DNA from: Octopus bimaculoides | Taxonomy: Eukaryota | DNA: 64,000 bases | Direction: 5' to 3' | Assembly: GCF_001194135.2 (NCBI RefSeq) | Contig: NC_068984.1 | Location: forward strand, 122,206,996-122,270,995 | In this document: positions 1 through 12,910 of the stretch, in pieces | Position numbering within the stretch: position 1 is the first letter of the stretch | How the letters are laid out: each line of letters opens with the position of its first letter | Position numbers and translations under genes: made by a program | The notes under the pieces: model-generated | Told to the model about the DNA's origin: nothing | What the model saw: only the letters and a program-made list of their open reading frames with translations | Databases searched by the model: none

Positions 1-2000
1 TTTCTCTAATTATACGGCTATATCTACATTAGCAATATAGTTTTATATTTATACATATAATTAGTCTTCCCTGTTTAGTTGTAAACATGCATAAAAGTAA
101 AGCCGCTGTCAACGGCGAAATTCGAGAGTCAATCAGCCCTACTGATAGGACTGTAAAGCAATCAACACATCCAAGGACACCCTCTAGATTTAGTCGAAAG
201 ACAACTGAGATGGGCACTAAATTTTCCCACCGGAAGTTATCCGAAAGAGTTAGTAGACACCCAGCCGATCAAAACATTCATAACAACACAGGCAGTAGCA
301 CGTCGACACGTTTCAAAGTTGGCTTCAGGGATAAGAAACAAGATAGTGCTAAGAGTGAAAGTAGACCTGTATCAAAAAAGACTCTATTTTGGAAACGTTT
401 ATCCCATCCTCTAGAACGTGAAGTTAGAGACCTAAGTGGAAACAGGGATAGATCTAGGAGTCTGCCAGACTGTACGTTAGACTCCGAACCTCCTCTGAAC
501 AGCAAAGAGAAGGCTGTTGATAAACCTAAAATTAGAACTAGTAGCTTAATAGATTTTAGACATTCTAAGAGTGTAAGTAGTGCTGATGAAAACAAAAGCG
601 AAAAGGCTGAACTGAAAAAAGTTGATGTGGTTAGTGGTGAACAATCGGCTGTACGTAAGCCATCGGGTCTTATGAAGTCCAAAAAATGTTCATTAACCTT
701 TGAAGATATGGATAAAAAGCCAGTCGTCCAAAACTCTGAGAGTAGTAGATACGCTCCCTACTTAACTGAAATGTCTCTAGATAGTGGATTCGCATCGGAG
801 AAAGGTAAGAGTAAAGAACAGTCTATAAGTGACGTGGGTATCGATGACGAGAGAAAAGAACTGGATAGTGAAAAAATTGCAGCTGAACTTCGAAAAGAAG
901 ATGAATCTGAAAATCTCAAAAAAGAGAAAGAAATTGAAGACCGAGCCGTCTCGACATCCATATGCGGGAGATTCCTTAAATTTGATGTTGAAATAGGGCG
1001 TGGATCTTTTAAAACTGTTTACAAGGGACTTGATACAGAAACTGGAGTTTCTGTAGCTTGGTGTGAGCTTCAGGTAAGCATGTCTTCTTCTTTTCTAAAT
1101 AGAACATTTGTGTGCATGTGTAGTGATGTAGTTCGAGACTTGGTGGGTTCGATATCACATCAAACTATTATAAAACAAAATCCTTAGATTTATCAACGAA
1201 TGAACGAAATTGATCAGACACTTTTATTTTTCAGTAATAAGGGACATTGCCCAACATTTAATGACAGAAGTATACATTCATGAATGTTTGTGAATATATA
1301 TTAATATATCATTTTGCATCTTTGTTGCAGTAACTTTGAAATTAATGAAAAAATAGATGAAATTGAAGATCCTATTCTTGTGTTAAGAGTATATAATGTT
1401 ACTTCCCCTTTTTGACGTGTTTTATTGTATTATTTTTGCTTTTATGCGAGAAAATATGGTACAATTGCCAGTTACATTTACAAACTAAATATTAATAGTA
1501 AAATAACTGATATGCAAATAGTATATATAATCTATAAGTCTATATTATTAACAACCATTGACAGAAATCAATTTAGCACAATTTTCACATCCAAGCTACC
1601 ACTGGTTTCATGAATGAGACTGGAAAGGCAAAGGTTTATCTTAGATTTGTCACGTCTGGTTGAATTACAAATTTCATCTCAGAATTGGACTCCAGATCAT
1701 AAACGGTCTAATTTCCAGATGAAAGCATTGGTAGCCTGCATATGAATAAAGGCGCTGTACTTATTACGAAGAGTGTGTGTGTGTGTGTGTATATATATTT
1801 AATATCTCATCATATGCTCCAGATTCAAAACGATGGCTTGCGTATTCTTAATACTTTCTGGTAGTTTCGAACGTGAATATGCTAATTATTAGTGTGTTCT
1901 TTATAACGGATACGTGTTCCTAACACACTTGATTCGTTAGTACAAGGGATTCTGGGACAGCCGGTGTTTCGCCACCGTTGTGTCGCGTCAGCCAGAAGCA
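1..2000. promoter_or_regulatory. CpG-retaining 5' region of the gene
   Basis: CpG is visibly frequent in exon 1 and early intron 1 compared with the CpG-poor gene body. The TSS itself is not identifiable here. Confidence 0.35.
87..1073 (+). CDS. WNK: WNK kinase coding exon 1 (long N-terminal extension and kinase subdomains I-II)
   Basis: ATG at 87; ends [36 protein letters not shown], with the WNK-diagnostic Lys in GRGSFK; donor CAG|gtaagc at 1074 (phase 0), same junction as vertebrate WNK1. Contains RFKV (309-320). A pyrimidine tract plus AG (tcttccctgtttag, ends 78) suggests a 5'UTR exon upstream of the window. Confidence 0.95.
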
Positions 2001-2238
2001 CTCAGGATATATATATANNNNNNNNNNATACATACATACATACATACATACATACATACATACATACATACATACATACATACATACATACATACAGAGA
2101 GAGAGAGAGAGCAATGTTTCACAGAAAAGGAAAATTATAATTGTTACTAAATGATTCCTAACACCCTAGTCACATTTAGTGACAATATTATATATATATA
2201 TGCATACACACATATACTCAGTGTATGTATACAGTGTT

Positions 2239-2282
<44 letters not shown>

Positions 2283-2292
2283 NNNNNNNNNN

Positions 2293-2326
<34 letters not shown>

Positions 2327-3202
2327 ACACACATATAAGTATCATCATTTAACCCATACATAGGTCAGATGAAATTAGTTGAAGCAGACTTTCTAAGGTT
2401 GGATGCCCTTCCTGTTGCCAACACTCAACTGTTTGCAAGCAACATTTTTTTGTTCTCATAGCTAGACATGTTTTCTACAGAAGACTGAAAAAAAAAAAAA
2501 ACAACTTCACTATGACATGCTCCTTTACAACCATCATGTGATAACAAGACAAGGGTGCACACACAACCATACATATATAAATGACAGGCTTCTTTGGCTT
2601 AGATCTAGCAAATCCACTCTTTAGATTTTGAATGGCCTGTGGCTATAAAAGAAGGCATTTGCTTAAATGCTGCAAAATGGGACTGAACCCAAGACCTCAT
2701 GGTTCGGAAGCAAGCTTCATAATCACAAAACTGTGCCTGCATCTACATACACAGTCATATATATGCAGACACACACACACATACTTGTGTAAGTATATTA
2801 TATATATTTATACAGGGTTGGCCAAAAGTCACCTGACAGTAAATCAAAACCATTTAATTCCAAAATTTATTTATGTTTAACAAATGAATGAATTAAATAA
2901 AAGCATCTAAACATGGAAATTGCTCAAACTGAAGTCCTTAAGCGACACATTTTTCCATTCTAGTCAATACAGAATTACAGATAGTATTTAAGGAATTTTA
3001 ATTTACTGTCGGGTGACTTTTGGCCAACTCTGTGTGTGTGTATTTGTAGTATACATGTCGTATGTCAAAAAGGAAAGTGAATAGAAAATGCAGGTAAATG
3101 GGTATGTGTATACCGCAAGGCACCTAGGGCAGGTATCTCCTAAACCATGGGCTGACCAAAACCTTGTGAGTGGATTTGGCAGACGGAAACTGAAAGAAGC
3201 CC

Positions 3203-3259
<57 letters not shown>

Positions 3260-3840
3260 TCTGCTGAGTGGTTGGTGTTAGAAAGGGCATCCAACTGTAA
3301 AAATTCTGCCAAAACAGTCACAAGTCTCGTGCAGGCTTCTGCCTGGCTGGTTCTTGTGAAACCGTCCCACCCATGCTAGCATGGAAGGCAGACATTAAAC
3401 GACGCCGATGAATTTGATGTGTGTGTTTTTATCCTTGTGTCTGTTTGTCCCCCACCAATGCTTGACAGCTGGTGTTGGTGTGTTTACATCCCTGTAAATT
3501 AGTGGTTTGGTAAAAAAGACTGATAGAATAAGCATCAGGTTTAAACATTTTTTAAGGCCATGCCCCAGCATGGTCACAGTAACTGAAACAAAAGAACACT
3601 GTGTGTGTGTCTACATATATGTATATATATATAAAGGCTATGAAGGGTATTGGAGTCAACCAAACCCTAAAGATACAGGTAATACCGAGTAAGTGCTGTA
3701 TACCGACTAGTTTTGCCCCTGACGTTGTAGCAACATGAGTGGGGAATATAACATAGGTTGTGTATTAGCGTGTGTATGTATAAAGAAAGAAAAGGATAAA
3801 GAGACCAATGGCAAAGTTAGAATTTTATTTTATGTATAAA

Positions 3841-3889
3841 GTCTTACAGCTGTTTCAGGGAAAATCTAATATATCCCTTCATCGGAAAC
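3841..3889 (-). ncRNA. Minimal type I hammerhead ribozyme-like motif (U4C core variant)
   Basis: Minus strand reads GUUU-CCGAUGA-AGGGA(12-nt loop)UCCCU-GAAA-CAGCUG-UA-AGAC: stem I GUUU/AGAC, stem II AGGGA/UCCCU, palindromic helix III ACAGCUGU, GUA cleavage triplet. Confidence 0.65.
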
Positions 3890-3893
3890 GGTA

Positions 3894-3940
3894 ATAGTAG
3901 AAGAATGGATTATAGATGTAATAATCCATTCTTCTACTAT
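3894..3940. repeat. Perfect 20-bp inverted repeat with 7-nt loop
   Basis: atagtagaagaatggattat-agatgta-ataatccattcttctactat. Confidence 0.95.
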
Positions 3941-3947
3941 ATATATA

Positions 3948-4241
3948 TGGTATTTTTTATATAAGCTTAAAGCTTATGGCAATCACCATGCAACGACCAA
4001 GGAGAATAGTCCAAATAAAGGGGCACATAAGCCCTCGACAGAAAAAAAGAAGGCCCTTCCATCTGCGCGAGACTTGAACCCATATCCCTTTACTTAACAA
4101 AGGGATGTGGGTTCGACTCCTGCATGGATGGGAGGGCATTCTATTTTCTGCCAAGGGCTTACGTGCCCCTTTATTTAGACTGTTATCCTTGGTTTGTACA
4201 TGGTGATTGCCATAAGCTTTAAGCTTATATAAAAAGTACCA
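3948..4241. repeat. 294-bp fold-back palindrome with central B-box-like motif
   Basis: tggtattttttatataagcttaaagcttatggcaatcaccatg... pairs with ...catggtgattgccataagctttaagcttatataaaaagtacca; arms complementary up to the central loop acttaac; gggttcgactcc near the centre. Confidence 0.92.
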
Positions 4242-4314
4242 GTATTATTATTTACAGAATTGTAGAAATGGCACATAGAAAAGCATTGACACTGAAAGCA
4301 GACAGATATATAGC

Positions 4315-4372
4315 TATGTATAGATATTTGCGTATATATGTATAGCTACATATGTATGTATATAGAGATACA

Positions 4373-4444
<72 letters not shown>

Positions 4445-5503
4445 TAAATATATACATATATATACATATATATAGGTAGATATATACATATATATAGGTA
4501 GATATATACATATATATAGGTAGATATATACATATATATAGGTAGATATATACATATATATAGGTAGATATATACATATATANNNNNNNNNNNNNNNNNN
4601 NNNNNNNNNNNNNNNNNNNNNNNNNNNNNNNNNNNNNNNNNNNNNNNNNNNNNNNNNNNNNNNNNNNNNNNNNNNNNNNNNNNNNNNNNNNNNNNNNNNN
4701 NNNNNNNNNNNNNNNNNNNNNNNNNNNNNNNNNNNNNNNNNNNNNNNNNNNNNNNNNNNNNNNNNNNNNNNNNNNNNNNNNNNNNNNNNNNNNNNNNNNN
4801 NNNNNNNNNNNNNNNNNNNNNNNNNNNNNNNNNNNNNNNNNNNNNNNNNNNNNNNNNNNNNNNNNNNNNNNNNNNNNNNNNNNNNNNNNNNNNNNNNNNN
4901 NNNNNNNNNNNNNNNNNNNNNNNNNNNNNNNNNNNNNNNNNNNNNNNNNNNNNNNNNNNNNNNNNNNNNNNNNNNNNNNNNNNNNNNNNNNNNNNNNNNN
5001 NNNNNNNNNNNNNNNNNNNNNNNNNNNNNNNNNNNNNNNNNNNNNNNNNNNNNNNNNNNNNNNNNNNNNNNNNNNNNNNNNNNNNNNNNNNNNNNNNNNN
5101 NNNNNNNNNNNNNNNNNNNNNNNNNNNNNNNNNNNNNNNNNNNNNNNNNNNNNNNNNNNNNNNNNNNNNNNNNNNNNNNNNNNNNNNNNNNNNNNNNNNN
5201 NNNNNNNNNNNNNNNNNNNNNNNNNNNNNNNNNNNNNNNNNNNNNNNNNNNNNNNNNNNNNNNNNNNNNNNNNNNNNNNNNNNNNNNNNNNNNNNNNNNN
5301 NNNNNNNNNNNNNNNNNNNNNNNNNNNNNNNNNNNNNNNNNNNNNNNNNNNNNNNNNNNNNNNNNNNNNNNNNNNNNNNNNNNNNNNNNNNNNNNNNNNN
5401 NNNNNNNNNNNNNNNNNNNNNNNNNNNNNNNNNNNNNNNNNNNNNNNNNNNNNNNNNNNNNNNNNNNNNNNNNNNNNNNNNNNNNNNNNNNNNNNNNNNN
5501 NAT

Positions 5504-5594
<91 letters not shown>

Positions 5595-5848
5595 CATACA
5601 TACATACATATATATGTATACATATGTACATACATATATATGTATACATATGTACATACATATATATGTATACATATGTACACACATATATATAGATACA
5701 TATATATCTATACATATATATATAGATATATACATATATATATCTATATAGATATATATGCATATATCTATCTATATATATATNNNNNNNNNNTATATAG
5801 ATATATACATATATATATCTATATAGATATATATGCATATATATACAC
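4315..5848. repeat. (TA)n/(TACA)n/(TAGATATATACATATATA-like)n simple repeat field around assembly gap 4583-5500
   Basis: Direct reading of the sequence. Confidence 0.95.
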
Positions 5849-5879
5849 AGTGGAATTTGAAGCTACACTACGGAAATCA

Positions 5880-6300
5880 TCTCGATGCTACATGTCAGCT
5901 ACTGGGAAAGACTTAAAGAATTAAAACTCTTCTCCCAGGAACGAAGGCAGGAGAGATATGCAGTGATATACACTGGAAAATCCTAGAAGGCCTTGTACCA
6001 AACTTTGGCATTGAAAGTTATTCATACTGCAGAATGGGACGCCACTCCATAGCACCAAAGATCCCAGCATCAAAATACAGGACCAGATACTGCAACAGCT
6101 TGGGCTTCAAGGGCCCACAGCTCTTTAATATCCTTCCAAAATGCCTGAGCGACCTGCAAGGTGTGGATGTAAAATGTTTTTAAGACAAAACTGGCTCTCT
6201 TCCTGTTATGGGTTCCAGACAAGCATACCTCACGGCAGGAACACAGATGAGGGCAGCAGCATCAAACTCCCTCGTTGACCAAATGCCACTTATTAGAGGA
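5880..6300 (+). mobile_element. CR1/L2-like LINE, ORF2 C-terminal relic
   Basis: Frameshifted YWERLKELKLFSQERRQERYAVIY.WKILEGLVPNFG...RYCNSLGFKGPQLFNILPKCL. Confidence 0.7.
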
Positions 6301-6339
6301 GGTTCGTGGAAGAAGGTTTATGTTCCTATAACCTGTGTT

Positions 6340-7160
6340 AATTCTGTAACCCTTTAAAATGGAAGATAAGAAAGTTCATTTTCAGCACTTGATGCTTTTC
6401 TTTTTCTGTAAAGCAACCAAAGAAATATGCACAGTTTACAGTGATGTTTCTTTTTCCGAAAGAACTGTATGGAAGTGGTTCACAAGGATCTGGATCAGGC
6501 AGACCATCTACTACAGATGATGACCAAATCAAGTCATTAATTGAGAATAACCCACATTGCACAACCCGAGAATTGGCAGAAAGCCTCAACCTATCAAAAT
6601 CCATTGTTCATGAACACCTGGTAAAGCTTGGGTACACAAATCGCTATGATGTTTGGGTACCATATGAGTTGAGTGAGAAGAACCTTTTGGATTGTATTTC
6701 CATCTGTGATTTGCTTTATAAACGGAATGAAAACGCGCCTTTTTTAAAGCAAATTGTGACAGGTGATGAGAAGTGGATTATCTACCGAAACATTCAGAGA
6801 AAGCAATCCTGGTGTAAGCGACATGAGCCACCCTTAGCCACCCCAAAAGCAGGTCTTCACTCTAAAAAAAGTCTTGGGATTGGAAAGGAATTCTGTACTA
6901 TGTAGCTTCTCCCAAGTAACCAGACAATTCTTAGAAATACTGCACACAACTGGATGAGTTAAAAGCAGCAATTTCAGAGATACGTCCAGAATTGGCCAAC
7001 AGGAAGGGTGTTGTTTTCCAACACGATAATGCAAGACCGCACGTTTCTTTGGGAACCAGACAAAAATTGCTGCAGCTCGGCTGGGATGTGTTACCCCACC
7101 CTCCAAATTCACCATATATTGCTCCTTCGGATTCCCACTTATTCAGGTCTCTACAGAATA
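6340..7160 (+). mobile_element. mariner (DD34D) transposase relic
   Basis: HTH region GSGRPS...WVPYEL, then TGDEKW, HDNARPH and HPPNSPYIAPSDSHLFRSLQN; frameshifts and stops. Confidence 0.9.
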
Positions 7161-7254
7161 TATATATATATGGTTGGAGTCACTTGTATTCTTTGTGCAT
7201 CTTGATGTGGGCATGTCATAAACCCATGAAGCTGAGTCAAACAGTTCATCATCT

Positions 7255-7445
7255 CCTTTGTCGTCATCATTTAATGTCCATTTTCTATGCTGGCATGGAG
7301 TTGGACGTTTTGACAAGAACATGCAAGTCAACATACTACAGCCTGTTTTGGCATTGTTTCTATGGCTGGATGCCAACCACTTTGCTGAGTGTACTGGATG
7401 CTTTTTATGTGGCACCAATTGCGGTGAGGTCACCAAGCAACTTGC
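7255..7445 (-). mobile_element. RTE 3' tail/SINE fragment
   Basis: Reverse complement of the ...ccaacccatgccagcatggaaa..gacattaaatgatgacg tail seen intact at 18410-18637. Confidence 0.75.
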
Positions 7446-7779
7446 AGGACTAGACTGTTCAGTTGGTGGGTGGTGGGGTAGTATTGAAAGATAGAATGAT
7501 GTTGTGCATTAGAAGAGAGATATGCCTACCTCAGATGGAGAAGAGAAGGATGAAGATGTAACAGGGAGGGGGCAGGGGCCATACATCCAAGTTACAGGGT
7601 GGTATATATAGTGGAGTGAACTAGGGAGGTGGGCATGTGAGGGAGAATGGTGAGGTGTGGGGGTGAAGAACATTAGTGGTGAGCATGGGTGGGTTGTAGG
7701 AGAGGGAATGGGTTATGAACATGGATTTTACTTTGCTAGATGGGGGTCTTCTGAAGCACAGCATATCAGTTGTCTCAGT

Positions 7780-8885
7780 CTGTCGTTATCTCTGTGTAGA
7801 TCAACATCTGAAGATCATTTCTCGCCACTTCATTCCACACTTTCTTTGATCTTCTTCTTCCACAGGTTCCCTTCTCATTTAGAGATCAGCACTTCTTTAT
7901 GCAGCTGTCCTCTTCTATATACATCACATGACCATATCAGTGCAATCTTTTCTCTTGTGCACTATAACTGATGTCTCTTACAATTTCTCTCTCAAAACAA
8001 CTACAATTTGTCATACATGCACACTAACATTGCACATCCAGCAGAGCATGTTGGCTTCATTTCTTTCAAGCTTTTGCATGTCCTCTGCAACCACAGCCCA
8101 TGTTTCACTGCCCAGTAGCATATCTGTCTGTACACAGGCATCATATTGTCTGCCTTTCACTCTAACAGGTCCTTTGTGACCAACAAAGGTAATAGCTCTC
8201 TGAATTTTTTCCAGCTGGTTCTTATTCCAGCAACTTTACTTTCAGAGTAATCTCCACTGCTGCTAATTCAATCACTGAGGTAACAAAAACTATCTACTAC
8301 CTCCAAGGATATTTCTGTACATCCTTTCTGTTCATTGTACACACACAAAAACTACTTTCTCTGTTAACCTTCCTGTGATACCATTGCTGCTGTTATGTAT
8401 CCATATCTTGCACTGGGTACATTAAATAAAATTTATACTTACACCTTTTCTACATATTGAGCAGAGCCATTTCTCTGAAGGGATTAATAATTTGTCTGAA
8501 TTCCATACCTGAAATTTCTTCTCTAACTCTAGTAAGAGATTCAGCTATAAGAACAAGGTCATCAGCATAGAGGAGCTCCCAAGGGCAAACAGTCTTAAAT
8601 TCTTCAGTTATGGCCTGGAGGATCATGATAACAAGAGGGACTGAGAACTGATCCTTGGTGAACTTCCTGCACACTAAATTCATTGCTAACTCACACCTTA
8701 CTGACTGGCTTGCACAGCTCTCATCAATCACTCATTTACTCCTAGCTTCCACATCAACTACCAGATGAGTGAATGAAGGACTCAGCCAAAGGCTTTTCTA
8801 TGTCAACAAATGCCAAGTACAGAAGTTCTTTTTTTGGTAAGTGCTTCTCCTGCAGTTGCCTTACTACTAAGATAACATCTGTATT
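7780..8885 (-). mobile_element. RTE-clade LINE reverse transcriptase relic
   Basis: ORF 8450-8731 contains LQAITEEFKTVCPWELLYADDLVLIAES (RT YADD motif); decayed C-terminal region lies at lower coordinates. Confidence 0.85.
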
Positions 8886-9203
8886 GGCACCTTGGTAGAA
8901 TGCCTTCTACTACAGCCCCAGGTTGACCAAGGTCTTGTGAATTGGTTCAATAAGCAGAAACTGAAAGAAGTCTCTCATATGCACGTGTGTTTGTGTCTCT
9001 TTGTCTTGATATTATACATCAGTTGTATATGAATGTCACCACCAACCAGTGTAATTAGTTTCTAGCCTTCCAGGAAAATGTTTGGCCATGGGGAAATATT
9101 ATCTCTTTTTGGAAATAGATGATTATCTGGCCATAGAAAATCTGACTCAAAAATTTTATTAGACCCATGCAAGCATGGAAAAATAGCCATTAAAACAGTT
9201 ATG

Positions 9204-9250
<47 letters not shown>

Positions 9251-9259
9251 TATATATAT

Positions 9260-9311
<52 letters not shown>

Positions 9312-10471
9312 ACACACATACTTTTGTGCTAAAATGCACATTACAAAACTAGTTAGGGCTGTGTGCTGGCCATTTCAAACTTCCATATACTTATAATGTA
9401 CACTTTAGTAAAAGTGCCTCAAATAGGGACCCTGTTATGTGTGCGTGTGCGCGCACACAGGAATGGCTGTGAGGTTGAAATGTTTGCTTCCCTATAAAAT
9501 TGCTTCAGGTTCAGACTGGCTGCTTTTTATCTTAGGCAAGTGTTTTTTTTTATTGTAGCTTGGGCAGATCAAAGCCTTGTTGGATTTGATTGATGGAAAC
9601 TGAAAGAAGTCTGCTGTGTTACCATCATACAAGCAGATTCTCTCATTTTCAGTTTTCCATGAAACATCTAACCATGGAAAAATCTTGCTTGGTATCAGGT
9701 GACAGGAACAGCATCTGTGTTTAGAAAATTTGTGTCAACAAATTCCATCTGACCCATACAGGCATGGAAGAGTGAACATTAATACAATGATGATATATAA
9801 CTATAGCTTTGGGTATTGGTTAGCCTGGGGCTATAGTACAAGACATGCCCAAGGTGCCACACAGCTACACCTGAGCTTGTATATATAATTGTTTAATATG
9901 TGTATATAGTGGATGTCAACATTTGAACAAATAAAACCACTTCTTAGACCCATTTCACTCTATGAAACATCTTAAGTTTAGTCTCCTTGTTGGCATCTCT
10001 TATGGCTCCTAAGACCTGCAAGGAACTTACAAATCATTCCACAGCAACCACAAGTCAACCAGCAGCAGCCTGACCATTTGGATGCTGGGACCTACAATGC
10101 CAAGTGAGTCTACTGACCAACTGACCACCCCTCACACTCTGCTACACTATGTACATGAGAGATCGTGCTGGATATTACATTGGTAGATGGGGACACATCC
10201 ATGACCACGCTTGTGGCTGAGTTGGCCTGCCTTTGAACAGACATGATCACACTGGTCACACAAGAGACTCTTTTGTGTCCCTCCCAGGAAGAGGGTTCAC
10301 ATCCTCCATATATTTACCAGCAACTCCGTGTATGCAACCCTCTTGTTCTTGAATTCTTTGATACTGGTAGCAATCAAATTCTTCCACAGATCTTCTCAGT
10401 TGTTAATATCAATTTACACACACACACACATAGGTTTTCTGACTTAGCTGTGTGGAACTTTGGACAAATGT

Positions 10472-10635
10472 AGGTGTAGCTGTGTGGTTAAGAAGCTTGC
10501 TTCCCAACCATGTGATCTTAGGTTCAGTCCCATTGCACAGCACATTGGGCAAGTGTCTTAAACTATAGCATTGGGGTGTCAACCAAAACCTTGTGAGTGA
10601 ATTTGTTAGATGGAAGTTAGAAGAAACCTGTTGTG
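10472..10635 (+). mobile_element. tRNA-derived SINE, 5' portion
   Basis: gctgtgtggttaagaagcttgcttcccaaccatgtg...ggttcagtccc...ttgggcaagtgtctt; the same family recurs at about 17205, 37793, 61420, 62190 and 62854. Confidence 0.75.
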
Positions 10636-10842
10636 TTCCCTTGTCTTGATGTCATGTGATGGTTGTATCAGGTCATCCCATAAGTAATGTCGTTTTCCTG
10701 ACCATTCTTGTTGAAACATGCTCTAACACATTTAAACAAGACTTTTTCACAGGTACTTAAATACCACAGAGCAAGGAAAGCTTTATTTAGATAGATTCTG
10801 GCTTGCAGACACACAAATAATTTGTTGCTTTAATAGCCCTTC

Positions 10843-11435
10843 ATGAAAATAGAGGTCACAGAAGAGCACATTAAACACATCATGTTTTGCAAATATAAAA
10901 AAGGCAACATTGCAACAAATGCTATAAAAAATGTGCAAGAAGTGTATGGTGAAGGTGTTTTGAATATTTGCAAGTGCCAACAATGGTTACATAAATTTCG
11001 ACAAGGGGACTTTAGCTTGGAAGATGTCTGCTGCTCTGGACACCCTATCTCTTTTGATAATGATGTAATGAAAGCTGCTACTGGAAGAATTCCATCTGCA
11101 ACTGTTGAAGAGTTAGCAGAAGAGGTTAATTCATTGTCATCAACTGTCCATCACCATTTGCAACAACTTGGAATCATGTCTAGGCCTGACAAGTGGGTTC
11201 CACATGAACTGAGTGAAAACAATTAAAGAGAATGTGTCAATATCTACACTGCTTGTTATTCACATAAGAAAAAAAAAATCTCCATTTTTGAACTGCCTAG
11301 TGACCGGTGATGAAAAGTGGATACTCTATAAAAATGGTAAATGCCTATGTCAATGGATTCAATCAGGAAAACAAGCAAGATCCCATCCAAATCAAGATCT
11401 TCATCGTCGGAAAGTTTTGAGCATTTGGTAGGACA
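10843..11435 (+). mobile_element. mariner transposase relic
   Basis: VYGEGVL...WLHKFRQGDFSLED...SGHP...DKWVPHELS then LVTGDEKWILY; stop and frameshift. Confidence 0.88.
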
Positions 11436-12254
11436 TGTCTTACAGGCAGTGTTGCTGGTTTCCAGTCTTTGATGCAAAACATGTCTGCTCATGTGGAGCT
11501 ACTATTTTACCAGGAAACCAGTCAGAATTGGTGACAGGAAAAGCATCTGGCCGAGAAAACCTGCTTCAACAAATTCTGTCTGACCCATGCAAACCTGGAA
11601 ATGTGGATATTAAATGATGATATATGTATCTATGCACACCTGTGTGTGTGTGTACAATCATTTAAATGTTCACATTTCCATGCTTACATTAGTTAGAGAA
11701 GAGGTTCATATGGCCAGATGTCCTTTCTGTCACCAAGCCCCTGTTTCCTTGTCAGGTAAAAACCTCCCAGTCTCTCTATCGAACACCAAAGCTCAGACAT
11801 GTTTACATGGAGAACTAAAAACGAACAACCCTTTTCCTTACAAAGAATGCACATGTCAAGAAACCAGAACATACTTTCATAGTGGACTGCAAGCAAATGA
11901 CACCTTTAGTGAAGTTACTATTTACAAACAAGCAAGTGAAACTTTTGGCCAAGCGAAAGATACAAATACACTCGGGCAGACATAGGCATGCATATATTGG
12001 TATTAGGAAGGGCATCCAACTGTAGAAACCATACTAAAGTAGACAGCAAAGCCTGGTATTGTTCTGTAGCTTGTCAGCTCCCTTTGAACTGGATGTTAAA
12101 TGATACACGCATAATAGGTTTTCTTCTACAAAATCCACTCACAAGCCTTTAGAAGAAAACACTTGCCTAGTGTACCATGCAGTGGACTGAAACAGAACCA
12201 TGTGATTGGGAAGAAATCTTCTTAACTACACAACCTTGACTGTGCCAATTTATA

Positions 12255-12910
12255 TTAGTGGTCTGATCAATAAGACTGTTGCCATAGTAACGAAGTTAAA
12301 GCATGCAGCGTGATCTCAACACAATCAAGATCTTGTGCAATTGAAACCCAAGTGTCTTTTGGTCAGCTGAAAGCAGTTTTGGCACAAACTTGGCAGACAC
12401 TTGTCTCATACCCAAATCTTCAATGATAATGGATTGAACTGAACCGTAACTAATCTGTATATCCTCTGATAAGTCATGGATGGCGACTTGACGATTTCCC
12501 CTCACAGCTGCATGCACATCTGTGATGCTTTTCTTAGTTCTCCTGGTTGCCGATCTCCCAGAACGTTTGTCACTATTGACATTTTTTCGGTCATCTTGGA
12601 AACATCTGAACCACTTGTACACGTTTGTGCAGCTCATACACTCCTCTCCGTACACTTTCTGCAACTTTGCATAGGCCTCTGAGCAGGTATCACCATGACA
12701 ACTTTCTCTGTCATGGTCAATGCATTGATCACGTGCTACACACGTTCCTTCCGAGCACTGCTGTAAACAGCATAAGTGAGCTAGAACATTAACACTTAGT
12801 GCGCATGCACAGCTAAGTTCAAGGTCAATCTGTGCCTAGCAGCTTCACTCTGCATGCTTTAGCTTTGTTATTATGGCAACAGTCTAGATACTTATTGATC
12901 AGACCCTGTA
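12255..12910 (-). mobile_element. Internally deleted mariner element with both TIRs
   Basis: TIRs ggtctgatcaataag..actgttgccatagtaac / gttattatggcaacagtc..cttattgatcagacc; ORF 12296-12664 VYGEECMS...SGRS...SAKFVPKLL; DDD region missing. Confidence 0.85.

Noticed and set aside
278-961. Antisense ORFs 278-682 and 758-961 (also 52929-53159, 54258-54461, 58611-58820)
   Set aside because: Shadows of the WNK coding strand with no independent motif.
1074-1187. Tail of ORF 87-1187 (VSMSSSFL...)
   Set aside because: Read-through into intron 1 past the canonical WCELQ|gtaagc donor.
4252-5838. Long ORFs of 450-528 aa
   Set aside because: Artefacts of TA-rich microsatellites and N-runs; the same applies to 32440-33135 apart from the exon 5 fragment.
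6340-7160. Active or domesticated transposase
   Set aside because: All transposase and RT segments in the window carry stops, frameshifts or truncations.
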